Part shown: in pieces, positions 38,531 through 47,656 of the stretch
Numbering within the stretch: position 1 is the first letter of the stretch
Layout: each line of letters starts with the position of its first letter
Origin: a virus
Lineage: Duplodnaviria > Caudoviricetes
IMG/VR virus record: IMGVR_UViG_3300017913_002494
Span: 1 to 51,785 of that record
Length of the DNA: 51,785 nt
Reading direction: 5' to 3' (one strand)
Program-made: the position numbers and the translations under genes
Notes under the pieces: model-generated
Databases searched by the model: none
What the model was told of the DNA's origin: nothing
What the model saw: the letters and a program-made list of their open reading frames with translations, nothing else

Positions 38531-39665
38531 ATGATTTGATTTTCCTTATTTTATCCAGGTCTTTTATATATGCCAATGCCATGTGGAACTTTAACTCGTC
38601 CCTATCTTTATTTAGTTCTGCGACCACCTTTTTTAGACGAGGATCGGTAAACTTTTTTCGAAGTTTTTCCTTTACATCTTCCGGCAAGTGTTTTATACTA
38701 AGAAAGTCGGGTTCAGTTACGACACTCTGATCAAACCTGATATCTTCGAAGAACTCAATGGCTTCCATACATTGAAACACCGACAGAATCGAAGTGGTGT
38801 AGTAAACTTGTCTTGTAACTTTTCCTTCGATTGCCTTATAGTTCTTCATAAGTTGATTCCACTCGCTTCCATCGCGAATGTAGTCGTTTCTTTTTCCGAC
38901 TCCGTCTATCGACACGTTAACGTGAACTTCCTTGAACTTGTCAATGTAATCGAGGAAGTTGTGTTTATCTAGTTTCAATAGTTGAAGATTCGTGGTATAG
39001 CTTAAATGAATGTTTTCGGCTTCACCAGCATCGATAATCATATCCAAGAATCGATAGTGCTTCTTCATGAGCAGAGGTTCGCCACCAGTAATCACAATGC
39101 CGGCAGTGTACGGCAAGAGCTTTTCAATCTGTGGATATATTACATCTACGTCATGATCTGCATGCATGCCCTTTTCGAACTCGTCATACCAGCCAATATC
39201 ATTCAAATCCTTAATCCTTCGAGTCGAAAAATGTGGAAGACACGTATAACAACTCAGATTACAATGATTGCCAAAGATAGTGAGCTTGAGTGTTAGCTGC
39301 CGGCCATGAATCTTATACTCGCCCGTATCAATAAAATGCTGTATTGACTTGTCCAAAGAATCATCGAGGTATTGCTTGAACATGCGATTGTGCCACTGTC
39401 TGTCCGACTCTACACCATTTGCTTCATCTTTCTTACACAGGTGACATGCTTTATTAATGACGTTGTGTTCACCAGTAACAAACTCACGACGAATCTCGTT
39501 GAGTTGATCTGAGTACCACCAATCCTCAATCGTATCCTCGGTAATATGATATTGTTTACCGGCTCTACCAGCCATACAACACAGCTTAAACTCGCCTCGA
39601 GTCGTTGTATAAATATGGCTGAATGGTAAAACGCAAAGCCAGTTCTTTTCGTTTTTCGTATAAAT
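38493..39665 (-). CDS. radical SAM enzyme, paralog of 36301..37590 (true start upstream of ATG 39575)
   Basis: CNLSCYTC, GGEP, SIDG; in-frame upstream WLCVLPFSHIYTTTRGEFKLCC. Confidence 0.88.
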   Translation of the reverse strand: MYTKNEKNWLCVLPFSHIYTTTRGEFKLCCMAGRAGKQYHITEDTIEDWWYSDQLNEIRREFVTGEHNVINKACHLCKKDEANGVESDRQWHNRMFKQYLDDSLDKSIQHFIDTGEYKIHGRQLTLKLTIFGNHCNLSCYTCLPHFSTRRIKDLNDIGWYDEFEKGMHADHDVDVIYPQIEKLLPYTAGIVITGGEPLLMKKHYRFLDMIIDAGEAENIHLSYTTNLQLLKLDKHNFLDYIDKFKEVHVNVSIDGVGKRNDYIRDGSEWNQLMKNYKAIEGKVTRQVYYTTSILSVFQCMEAIEFFEDIRFDQSVVTEPDFLSIKHLPEDVKEKLRKKFTDPRLKKVVAELNKDRDELKFHMALAYIKDLDKIRKIKSYELFDELEHLLR

Positions 39666-39666
39666 A
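39659..39666 (+). promoter_or_regulatory. T4 late promoter TATAAATA (second copy at 39608-39615)
   Basis: exact consensus upstream of 39702 ORF. Confidence 0.75.
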
Positions 39667-39701
39667 ACTAAAAATCCTCAATCAATCGAAGGTGATTTAA
39701 C

Positions 39702-40415
39702 ATGAGTGAACACATTACAATCCCTGACGGTACTGATTATATCTTCTGCGGTATTAGCAGAAAGTTTCATCAGGCCGTACACTTTTATTTATTGGTCAAG
39801 AAAATCAATGACGAAGGCCTGAATATTGAAGTTCATCCGGCAATGTGCTCGCCAGAATGGGCCGAAGAGCATGATACGACCGTAGGTAACTGGGTTGTAG
39901 CTTATGTAAAAGCAGCATTTCCGGCAGTAACCATTGGTGAACTGAGACAGGTCAGATACAATCTTCCTGATGGAACAGCTCTGAGCGGAACTGTCACAGC
40001 GCAAAAGCATAGAGAAAACTCAGAAGAAATGGCAAGAAGTTTTGTAGCTTCCGTCCCTTCTGGCAAAAAGGTTGTCATTTACACTGGCGATGTTGAACTT
40101 CCTGATGATGACACATTTGCTAAGATTGCCGCCACCACAGATAAAGTTGACGAAGTCGAAAACTACAAGCAGTTTAGAAATAGAGAAAGAGTAACATCAG
40201 TAAGTACAGATACACATGGCGACGTTCCTATTATGCGCCCATTTGTTGAAAACAATGTTACAGCATATGACGTTTATAAAATGATGAAAGATAACGATCT
40301 TATGAGTTTCCTTGATCACACTTCGGCGTCCAACTTTACGAATATGGACGGCACTGAAGATACTGATAACTTCCCCGCTATCGAACTTGAGTGGATCAAG
40401 ACTCAATACGCATAA
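39702..40415 (+). CDS. degenerate QueC/PP-loop-like protein
   Basis: by eye follows the layout of 41334..41918 (YLL, RPF..DVYK..L...T.S, E.EW) but lacks SGGxDS and the Cys cluster. Confidence 0.5.
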   Translation: MSEHITIPDGTDYIFCGISRKFHQAVHFYLLVKKINDEGLNIEVHPAMCSPEWAEEHDTTVGNWVVAYVKAAFPAVTIGELRQVRYNLPDGTALSGTVTAQKHRENSEEMARSFVASVPSGKKVVIYTGDVELPDDDTFAKIAATTDKVDEVENYKQFRNRERVTSVSTDTHGDVPIMRPFVENNVTAYDVYKMMKDNDLMSFLDHTSASNFTNMDGTEDTDNFPAIELEWIKTQYA

Positions 40416-40872
40416 CCCAAGACGAACACAAAGTAGTTACAACTAACTCACAATCAAATGGTCTATCCTTTAGTACTCTTTCAAGTGCTGGATAGACCAT
40501 TTTAGCATCATGGCCAGCAATAATATTTGCGTTTGGCTTAAATCTCAGTATCTCTTGATAAACGTAATCGGGATCATGATTGCCATCTAAATACACAAAA
40601 TCATATATCTTCTTTGGCACAAAGTCCAAGGAAGAGCAAATGTATTTTTTGATAGTAGGGTGTTCAATACCGATATCCCAATCTTTAATATCCACAGTAT
40701 CGATAGTTGAGCCATCTGGTGTATTACGATGAAAGAATCGAGTAGAACAACCCGTATAGTTACCTACTTCGAGAATGTCTACTCTTCTATTAAAGGGCAA
40801 GTGTTTTAGAAGAAACCTTTGGTCCTTTACACCGAAGTGTGATGTTTTATCGATTTCGAAATATTCTTGCAT
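40396..40872 (-). CDS. class I SAM methyltransferase (Methyltransf_24-like)
   Basis: LEVGNYTGCST, DFVYLDGNH, GHD. Confidence 0.85.
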   Translation of the reverse strand: MQEYFEIDKTSHFGVKDQRFLLKHLPFNRRVDILEVGNYTGCSTRFFHRNTPDGSTIDTVDIKDWDIGIEHPTIKKYICSSLDFVPKKIYDFVYLDGNHDPDYVYQEILRFKPNANIIAGHDAKMVYPALERVLKDRPFDCELVVTTLCSSWVMRIES

Positions 40873-41312
40873 ACTTCCTCAAAAGTCTGGTCAAACACTG
40901 ATATTTTGAACAGCCTACGATCAGTCGGTCCATTGACAACGCCGTGTGTATTACCGGTATTGAGTATTGCCGACTTATAAGCGTACTCTTTGTCCATGAA
41001 CTTGACTGGTGCGTTTCCGTCAGACAGCGCAATATTAAGTGAACACGTTGTTCCATAGTCAACATGCATTGGAAGTTCTGTATTCGCTTCAAGCTTATAG
41101 AAACGAGGCTTGCCGTTCTTAATGCCAAAGGTATCACAAAGTTCTTGTGCGTAGTCAAACATTTCGAGGCGTGCAATCTTCCACTGATTTAGGTCTCCTT
41201 CGATACGAGGATCCGTATACCCCTTGAGTCTTTGCTCATGGATGTCCCAGTACATCTCAAGGATGTCATAGTTGAACTCGTAATCGAAGATAAATATATT
41301 ATGATCAAGCAT
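40827..41312 (-). CDS. AspH-like/cupin 2OG-Fe(II) oxygenase
   Basis: RFY.L....LPMHVD...SLNI..LNT...HGV.NG...R. Confidence 0.7.
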   Translation of the reverse strand: MLDHNIFIFDYEFNYDILEMYWDIHEQRLKGYTDPRIEGDLNQWKIARLEMFDYAQELCDTFGIKNGKPRFYKLEANTELPMHVDYGTTCSLNIALSDGNAPVKFMDKEYAYKSAILNTGNTHGVVNGPTDRRLFKISVFDQTFEEVCKNISKSIKHHTSV

Positions 41313-41333
41313 AATATTATGTATAAGGGTTTT

Positions 41334-41918
41334 ATGATGCTACATAAGTTTGAAAGATTGAAAGAATATAAAACTTGGGTTCTCAAACTGTCTGGCGGTG
41401 CAGACAGCGCGTTGATTCTTTACTATATGAATAAGATTCGGACCGATCAGGAAGTATGGATCCTGACTGGTGTCAATGGTAATGATAAGAACTATGCAGA
41501 GCATACGAGAGATATCATCAACCATATAGGAATCAAAGATGTTGCACATGTAATGTATCCTCAAACTCACATACGAGGTCATGAAAAATATGAACGTGAT
41601 CACTCGTTTTATGCAAAGATGGTGAGTTGCTGGTCAGTTGGATCTACAATAGGGATACAAGGAAGAAGTTTGAATCCTCCTTTTTATATTGAAGGAGAAG
41701 AAGAAAATAGGAATGGAAGTATTCCTGAGATTGAAACGATTAATGGCTTTCCACTTTACAGGCCTTGGCATGACGTAACTAAAAGAGATATTGTACGGGC
41801 CTATAGAGAAGAAGGACAGATGGATCTGTTCGACAAAACGAGAAGCTGTGTAAGTATGACGGTTGATCAGTGCGGTGAATGTTTCTGGTGCAAGGAAAGA
41901 GAATGGGCATGCGACTAG
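41334..41918 (+). CDS. QueC-like PP-loop ATPase
   Basis: LSGGADS, TRSC, CGECFWCKER. Confidence 0.8.
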   Translation: MMLHKFERLKEYKTWVLKLSGGADSALILYYMNKIRTDQEVWILTGVNGNDKNYAEHTRDIINHIGIKDVAHVMYPQTHIRGHEKYERDHSFYAKMVSCWSVGSTIGIQGRSLNPPFYIEGEEENRNGSIPEIETINGFPLYRPWHDVTKRDIVRAYREEGQMDLFDKTRSCVSMTVDQCGECFWCKEREWACD

Positions 41919-42479
41919 ATGAATGATTTTTATCATACCATATTTCATGATGACGTAGATTTCAAACCGATAAGAAAAGAAATACTCAAGGAAGATAACT
42001 GGCTACGAAATAACTACACCGAAGAAAATCTCGTCATTGACAATCATATAGGATTCTCGGTTATCTGGCATAAGTCGGGTAGCCTGTTTGGTGTAGGTGG
42101 ATTGTATGAGCTTAATCCAAACGTTGGTAGACATTTGAATCGAGTTTATACTTTTCCTGAATGGAGAAGCCGCAAGTCAAGCGAGCTGATTCGAAACTTT
42201 CAGGTTGCTCAGGTTCATATGGTAGAACCACTAGAAGCAATCAAACAATACGATGGCTATGTGATTACGATGCAGAATCGTAACAGGCCAAACAAGAACT
42301 GGTGGAAACACTGGAAGAAGAATGCTCTTGTCGGATTAAAAGGCTGGCAGGAAACAGAAGGATATATTAGAACATGCAAGTCCAAGAGGAATGTATGTTT
42401 TCAGAACTACGTTTATAGGGGTGTACTCAAGAATGTTGAACTCATTACTGAAGAAGAATGGCTTAAGTTGGAATCATAA
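41919..42479 (+). CDS. hypothetical, possibly GNAT-fold acyltransferase
   Basis: GVGGL..R.LNRVYTFPEWR resembles GNAT motif A. Confidence 0.45.
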   Translation: MNDFYHTIFHDDVDFKPIRKEILKEDNWLRNNYTEENLVIDNHIGFSVIWHKSGSLFGVGGLYELNPNVGRHLNRVYTFPEWRSRKSSELIRNFQVAQVHMVEPLEAIKQYDGYVITMQNRNRPNKNWWKHWKKNALVGLKGWQETEGYIRTCKSKRNVCFQNYVYRGVLKNVELITEEEWLKLES

Positions 42480-43203
42480 GATTAAGATTATGCAGGGCAT
42501 CTGCTTTTTTGGCGGACCACTCATAGTTTTCTATCATTTCAATTTTGCATATCTCGTTCTTTCTTTTATTGCAGCAAACCTGATTGTCAATCTTGGTATT
42601 GGCCTGTGCTATCATAGAATGTATGCACACCGGTCATGGAAACCAAGAAGCAGCTTTGTTGAGGCAGTTCTATACTTTCTCGGTATCATCTGCACGATGG
42701 GTCCTGTAACTAACTGGGCTGGTACTCATAGGTTGCACCATGCAACTGCAGACACGGACAAGGATCCTCATAGTCCTGTAGGTAAACCACTGTGGAAGAA
42801 GATCGCCTATTGGTTCAACTACTGGGAAAAGCATGAAGTAAGTCCTAAGCTGATTAAGGATCTTCTTCGTCAAGGCAAGCATAAGTTTGTCCATAAAAAT
42901 TATTTCAAAATATTGTTTACTTACATCATAATCCTTGGTATAATAGACATTGAGCTTTTGCTCTATGGTTACATTGTGACTACAATGTTTATCCTCCACT
43001 TTGTTTCATGGATCACTGTCGGCGCCCATATCTGGGGTGAACGAGAGCATGAGACAAATGACAAATCTCTTAACACAAATGTGATGGGGTGGTTTCTCTG
43101 GGGAGAAGGCTATCACAACAATCACCATGCCAATAGTTCCAACTATGATTTTGGTCAAGGAAAGTTTGACTTAGGTGCAAAGTTGATAAAAGTTCTGGTA
43201 TAA
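42433..43203 (+). CDS. membrane fatty acid desaturase (delta-9-like)
   Basis: His boxes HRMYAH, HRLHH, HNNHH; DPHSP; TM segments. Confidence 0.93.
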   Translation: MLNSLLKKNGLSWNHKIKIMQGICFFGGPLIVFYHFNFAYLVLSFIAANLIVNLGIGLCYHRMYAHRSWKPRSSFVEAVLYFLGIICTMGPVTNWAGTHRLHHATADTDKDPHSPVGKPLWKKIAYWFNYWEKHEVSPKLIKDLLRQGKHKFVHKNYFKILFTYIIILGIIDIELLLYGYIVTTMFILHFVSWITVGAHIWGEREHETNDKSLNTNVMGWFLWGEGYHNNHHANSSNYDFGQGKFDLGAKLIKVLV

Positions 43204-43231
43204 ATAGATCTGAATCGAGATTTTATAAATA
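43199..43231 (+). promoter_or_regulatory. tandem T4 late promoters (43199-43206, 43224-43231)
   Basis: two exact TATAAATA upstream of the fibre operon. Confidence 0.8.
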
Positions 43232-43261
43232 TCGATCAGCAATCTAAGAGTATTTGTTATA

Positions 43262-43612
43262 ATGGCCCAATACGAAGAAATCACTATTGATCAAGGAGCA
43301 GATGCATCTATTGAAATGCACCTGACGAATACTGACGGGTCGGCTAAGGATCTTACGAATCATACGTTGTCAGCCAAGCTCAAGAAGAACTACAACTCTG
43401 ATTCATCGGATACTACCAGCTTTACCACGACTGTGAGTAATGCTACCGGAGGTGTCGCAACCATGACTTTAACAAATACGCAGACCGATGCATTGAAAGC
43501 TGGTCGTTACGTTTATGATGTTGAGTTATCCTTTCAAGACAGCGATGGGGATACGATTATTGAAAGAATCTTAGAGGGTAAAATTACGATTACGCCGTCT
43601 GTTACGAGGTAG
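43262..43612 (+). CDS. virion structural protein (Ig-like adaptor)
   Basis: ITIDQGA, GRYVYDVE, RILEG.ITITPSVT. Confidence 0.8.
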   Translation: MAQYEEITIDQGADASIEMHLTNTDGSAKDLTNHTLSAKLKKNYNSDSSDTTSFTTTVSNATGGVATMTLTNTQTDALKAGRYVYDVELSFQDSDGDTIIERILEGKITITPSVTR

Positions 43613-43619
43613 ATAGGTC

Positions 43620-43880
43620 ATGGCTATAAGAGTTGGAACTGGTCAGACCACCCAAGTAAAGGCGGTAAGAGGTGTCGGAAGTACAACACAGGTTAAGAAA
43701 GTTGTAGTCGGGCGCCCAGTTCGAAATGTAGCAAGTGGCACAACCAGCATTAATAGTTTGTTGGGTGTTGACACTTCAAATAAACAGGATGGCTCACTTT
43801 TGATATATAACTCGAGTTCACAAAACTTTGAGGCTAGTATATTCTTAACGAAACAGGATATTGACGGAGGCGGTTACTAA
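43620..43880 (+). CDS. small virion protein ending IDGGGY
   Basis: DGSLLIYN fibre-like repeat; C-terminal DGGxY. Confidence 0.75.
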   Translation: MAIRVGTGQTTQVKAVRGVGSTTQVKKVVVGRPVRNVASGTTSINSLLGVDTSNKQDGSLLIYNSSSQNFEASIFLTKQDIDGGGY

Positions 43881-46800
43881 ATGGCCACAATAATCAGAAT
43901 CAAACGATCTACCACGGCATCGGCTCCGGGGTCGCTAAAATCAGGTGAACTCGCGTATAGTGCTGGTACCGGTACCCAAGCCAATGGCGGTGATCGTCTC
44001 TACTTTGGTAAAGGCGATGACGGTTCAGGCAATGCTACTACCGTAGAAATCATCGGTGGTGCTTATTTCTCAAACATGTTGGATCATGCACCTGGTACGC
44101 TAACAGCATCCAGTGCAATCATCGTCGATGCTTCATCGAAGATCGACAATCTTAAAGTTGATAATATTGACATCGATGGTAATACCATTGCATCGACGGA
44201 TACGGACGGAAACATTGTCCTTAATCCTAACGGTGCGGGTGTTGTTGATGTTAGTACATCACGGATTGTCAATGTTACAGATCCTACATCAGCACAAGAC
44301 GCTGCTACCAAAGCTTATGTTGATACACAACTAGGTACCTCAACTCTTACATTCGCAACTGACTCTTCTGGCACAGAAACAGTCGATCTGAATGACTCAA
44401 GCTTTGAGATTAAGGGTGGCAACGTAATCTCGACAAGAAGGTCTGGTAATACAGTCACTCTTGATCTTGATAATACCAGTGTCACAGCAGGCACATACGG
44501 TACTACGACTTCTATTCCAGTATTGACAGTTGATGCTCAAGGCCGGATTGATTCTGCCGGTACCGTCTCAATCTCAACTGATCTTACAGTCGCTGCTGAC
44601 TCAGGTTCATCTCAAACTATTTCTCTTGCCGGTGATACACTTACAATCTCCGGTGGTACAAACATTGGTTCGATTACATCATCGGACACAATCACGCTCA
44701 ACCTTGATTCCAATGTCACCGGTCTTGCCTCACTGACAGTTGACAATATCAAGATTGACGGAAACACGATTTCAACGACGGATGTTTCTGGTGATCTTTA
44801 CCTGAATCCATATCCGGCGACTGACTCTGGAAGAGTTGTTATCCAAGGTGATCTACAAGTTCAAGGTACTACAACTACCATTAACTCCACCACTCTTTCG
44901 GTCAATGACAAAAATATTATCCTGGCTGACTCAGCTGCCGATAGTGCTGCCGCTTCTGGAGCTGGTATCACGGTTGAAGGCGCTAACGCCAAGATTACAT
45001 ATAATGCTGCTACCGATCGCTGGGAGTTCAATAAGGACCTGGGCGGTAACCTTGTCGGTAATGTTACCGGTACAGTTTCCTCCCTTGCAAACCACGATCT
45101 CTTCGATTCCACTGATGCAACTATCCTGATCGATTCTGCATATATTAATGCAAGAACAGACTTTGATTCAGGTGAAGTTATTCAAATCATTGACTCGGCC
45201 TACGTTGCTGCAAGAACAGGCGGCGGTGCGGCTGGTACGATCGGTACACCAACAGACACAACATTCAATGATGGTGGTATTAACGAGCAGACAACTGAAG
45301 GTCAGATTACTTCTTCACAGACAGTGGCAAACGGTATTGACTTCCTGAACGAAGCACTACTGAACGTATCGAAGAATACCTTTGTATCGAACATTGCGTT
45401 CTCTGCTTCACCTACACAAGGTGGTGCTGGTACTTCGGTTACACTGACACTGACTGCGACAGGTAACGCAAACAGATACGATGTTTATTGGGGCGATGGT
45501 AACATTGACTCCGATCTGACATCAACTACTCCATCACATACCTACAACACTAACTCGGGTTCACCCTTTGATGTTAAGGTTGTAGCAAGAAATAATGGCG
45601 GTGCTGGTGCAGGACATGAAGTCCAAAACACCGAAACCGACTTTATCACTATTTACACAGCTAACCCAACTGTTGCATTCCGCCTCTATCGTCAGGATTC
45701 CGGTGGTGCTTCCATCCTCTCAGGCAATAACCTCTACGTTGTTGAAGGTAACAGCCTGTTTATGGAAAACATCACAACGAATGCAGACTCAACATCTACA
45801 ATCCAGTACACAATGGATTGGGGCGATGGTTCAACAGACGATGTGATTGATTCAGCAGGTGCTGCCGGTGGTACAACTGGTGGTCCTCTCAAGCTGTCAC
45901 ATACTTGGGCGCAAGGTACAAACACTGGCGAAGGTAGAGATTCTCTGGTCCTGACACTGGATTCACACGGTACAGCTGATCCTGCGATTCTCCCACTTGC
46001 CTCTTCTGCTACACTTCTGAAAGTGTATGACGATGCTCCTACAGCACCTAACCTGCTGAGCACAAAGACTATTACTCTTGGATTCGCTTCCACTGGTACA
46101 AGTCCGAAGGCAACAGCCGGATTCACCGACAACGGTGGTTCGCATGGAATCAGTGCTGGTGATGACGTAACGAGAACAACATCTTCTGGTACACTTTCAA
46201 CAGATACTCTTACAACCTTTGCATACAATGCAGATTCGGGTGATCTGATTGCTCTGGTCAACGGTTCGGCTGACGGTACTATTTCACTTACCACTGCCGA
46301 TAACACTGGTACAAACAGTGCGATCGAAGTTACATCCGAACAGGATTACAACCTCTTGGATTCATCCGGTGCTACAACATCGTTTGCAACATCAAGGTTC
46401 TATCCTGGCCTGTATAAAGGTTACAAGGCAAAGATCAATAAGGCTGCAACAGTCGGATCGAATGCTTGGCAAATGACTCATGGTGGATCTGCTACGAATA
46501 CTCTTGGCTTTATCCGCGATGATGTTACTTCTTCACCAAGCTTTGACTCGGCCGGTCATATCGAACCTGGCACTAATGGTACATACCGCTACATCTCTGG
46601 TATTCCATATTACAATGCCGGTTCACCTACAGTGACCGTGTCCGAAGCGACTATTAGTAACCTTACTGGTCAAACATATACAAACCAGTCAAACATTGTT
46701 GAAGTTGATGGTGGTACAAACTACGAATCAACGACTGCAGCAGCGATCTCAAGCACAGACTTTACATATGCTAATATCGATGGTGCATCAACATTCTTGA

Positions 46801-47645
46801 CTGGCGGTATACCACAAACTGACGTTGGTGTAAGCTCGCCTTACGCGATCGGTGATCTTTCTGTATCGATTGCCTCTGGTGTTCGTACAGTTGAATCACT
46901 TCAGATCAGAGCAAGAAACGTCAATGGCATTGGTTCCTATAGTCAAATCACTAACAAGAGATTGCAGGTACATACAACTGCTCAGTCAGGTATCTCTGAA
47001 ATCGCTATCGCCGTAGCCGATGCACTTGGTGCAACCTATGACGATGATGCAAAGAGAATCTTTGACTTCTCAAGTGATACGACAGACACTCCATCATACA
47101 CCTCTTCCACGAACTTCTATACAAACAGCTTGTATGGTGAAGGTTCAGATCCGGGTGTAGCTGGTACAAAGGAAGCAACTATCAGACTTGGTGTGCTGAA
47201 ACATGACGTAACAGATTACTCCTCGGTGTACCTACCGCCTGGACCTGATAGGTCAGGGGATACTGGAACACAGTATTTCACTATGGCCTTCCGGAGAACT
47301 GGAGTAGCTAACTTCAATATTAATATTACAAGCTCGAGCGGTGTAAGTGGCGTGTTTATCGCAGCTCCTGGCACCGGAATCGATACTTCTTCTGGACTGA
47401 ATGGATGGCTCGACTGTTCCACTCAGTATGCTGGATCCGGTCAGCCGGGCTCCGGGACAGGAGGAAACGGTTCGAATGGCTGCGCCGTTACAGGATCCGA
47501 TAGGATCCAGACTGGTACGGCCCTTACAGGTAGCTATGAGATGACATTGGGTAGTGAAAACTTATCCAACGCACAGGATAATGTCGCACTCGTTAGAATC
47601 GCGCTAGCTTCTGGTGAATCAGTAACAGCGCTTAGCATATCATAA
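43881..47645 (+). CDS. large tail fibre/structural protein (Mtd_N-like start, PKD-like domains)
   Basis: IIRIKRS..GELAY; DAATKAYVD; WGDG..HTY PKD-like motifs; S/T/G-rich. Confidence 0.85.
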   Translation: MATIIRIKRSTTASAPGSLKSGELAYSAGTGTQANGGDRLYFGKGDDGSGNATTVEIIGGAYFSNMLDHAPGTLTASSAIIVDASSKIDNLKVDNIDIDGNTIASTDTDGNIVLNPNGAGVVDVSTSRIVNVTDPTSAQDAATKAYVDTQLGTSTLTFATDSSGTETVDLNDSSFEIKGGNVISTRRSGNTVTLDLDNTSVTAGTYGTTTSIPVLTVDAQGRIDSAGTVSISTDLTVAADSGSSQTISLAGDTLTISGGTNIGSITSSDTITLNLDSNVTGLASLTVDNIKIDGNTISTTDVSGDLYLNPYPATDSGRVVIQGDLQVQGTTTTINSTTLSVNDKNIILADSAADSAAASGAGITVEGANAKITYNAATDRWEFNKDLGGNLVGNVTGTVSSLANHDLFDSTDATILIDSAYINARTDFDSGEVIQIIDSAYVAARTGGGAAGTIGTPTDTTFNDGGINEQTTEGQITSSQTVANGIDFLNEALLNVSKNTFVSNIAFSASPTQGGAGTSVTLTLTATGNANRYDVYWGDGNIDSDLTSTTPSHTYNTNSGSPFDVKVVARNNGGAGAGHEVQNTETDFITIYTANPTVAFRLYRQDSGGASILSGNNLYVVEGNSLFMENITTNADSTSTIQYTMDWGDGSTDDVIDSAGAAGGTTGGPLKLSHTWAQGTNTGEGRDSLVLTLDSHGTADPAILPLASSATLLKVYDDAPTAPNLLSTKTITLGFASTGTSPKATAGFTDNGGSHGISAGDDVTRTTSSGTLSTDTLTTFAYNADSGDLIALVNGSADGTISLTTADNTGTNSAIEVTSEQDYNLLDSSGATTSFATSRFYPGLYKGYKAKINKAATVGSNAWQMTHGGSATNTLGFIRDDVTSSPSFDSAGHIEPGTNGTYRYISGIPYYNAGSPTVTVSEATISNLTGQTYTNQSNIVEVDGGTNYESTTAAAISSTDFTYANIDGASTFLTGGIPQTDVGVSSPYAIGDLSVSIASGVRTVESLQIRARNVNGIGSYSQITNKRLQVHTTAQSGISEIAIAVADALGATYDDDAKRIFDFSSDTTDTPSYTSSTNFYTNSLYGEGSDPGVAGTKEATIRLGVLKHDVTDYSSVYLPPGPDRSGDTGTQYFTMAFRRTGVANFNINITSSSGVSGVFIAAPGTGIDTSSGLNGWLDCSTQYAGSGQPGSGTGGNGSNGCAVTGSDRIQTGTALTGSYEMTLGSENLSNAQDNVALVRIALASGESVTALSIS

Positions 47646-47656
47646 GGGACGGATAG

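Noticed and set aside
41334-41918. 7-deazaguanine DNA modification pathway
   Set aside because: Only a QueC-like fold; no queD, queE, folE or dpdA in the window
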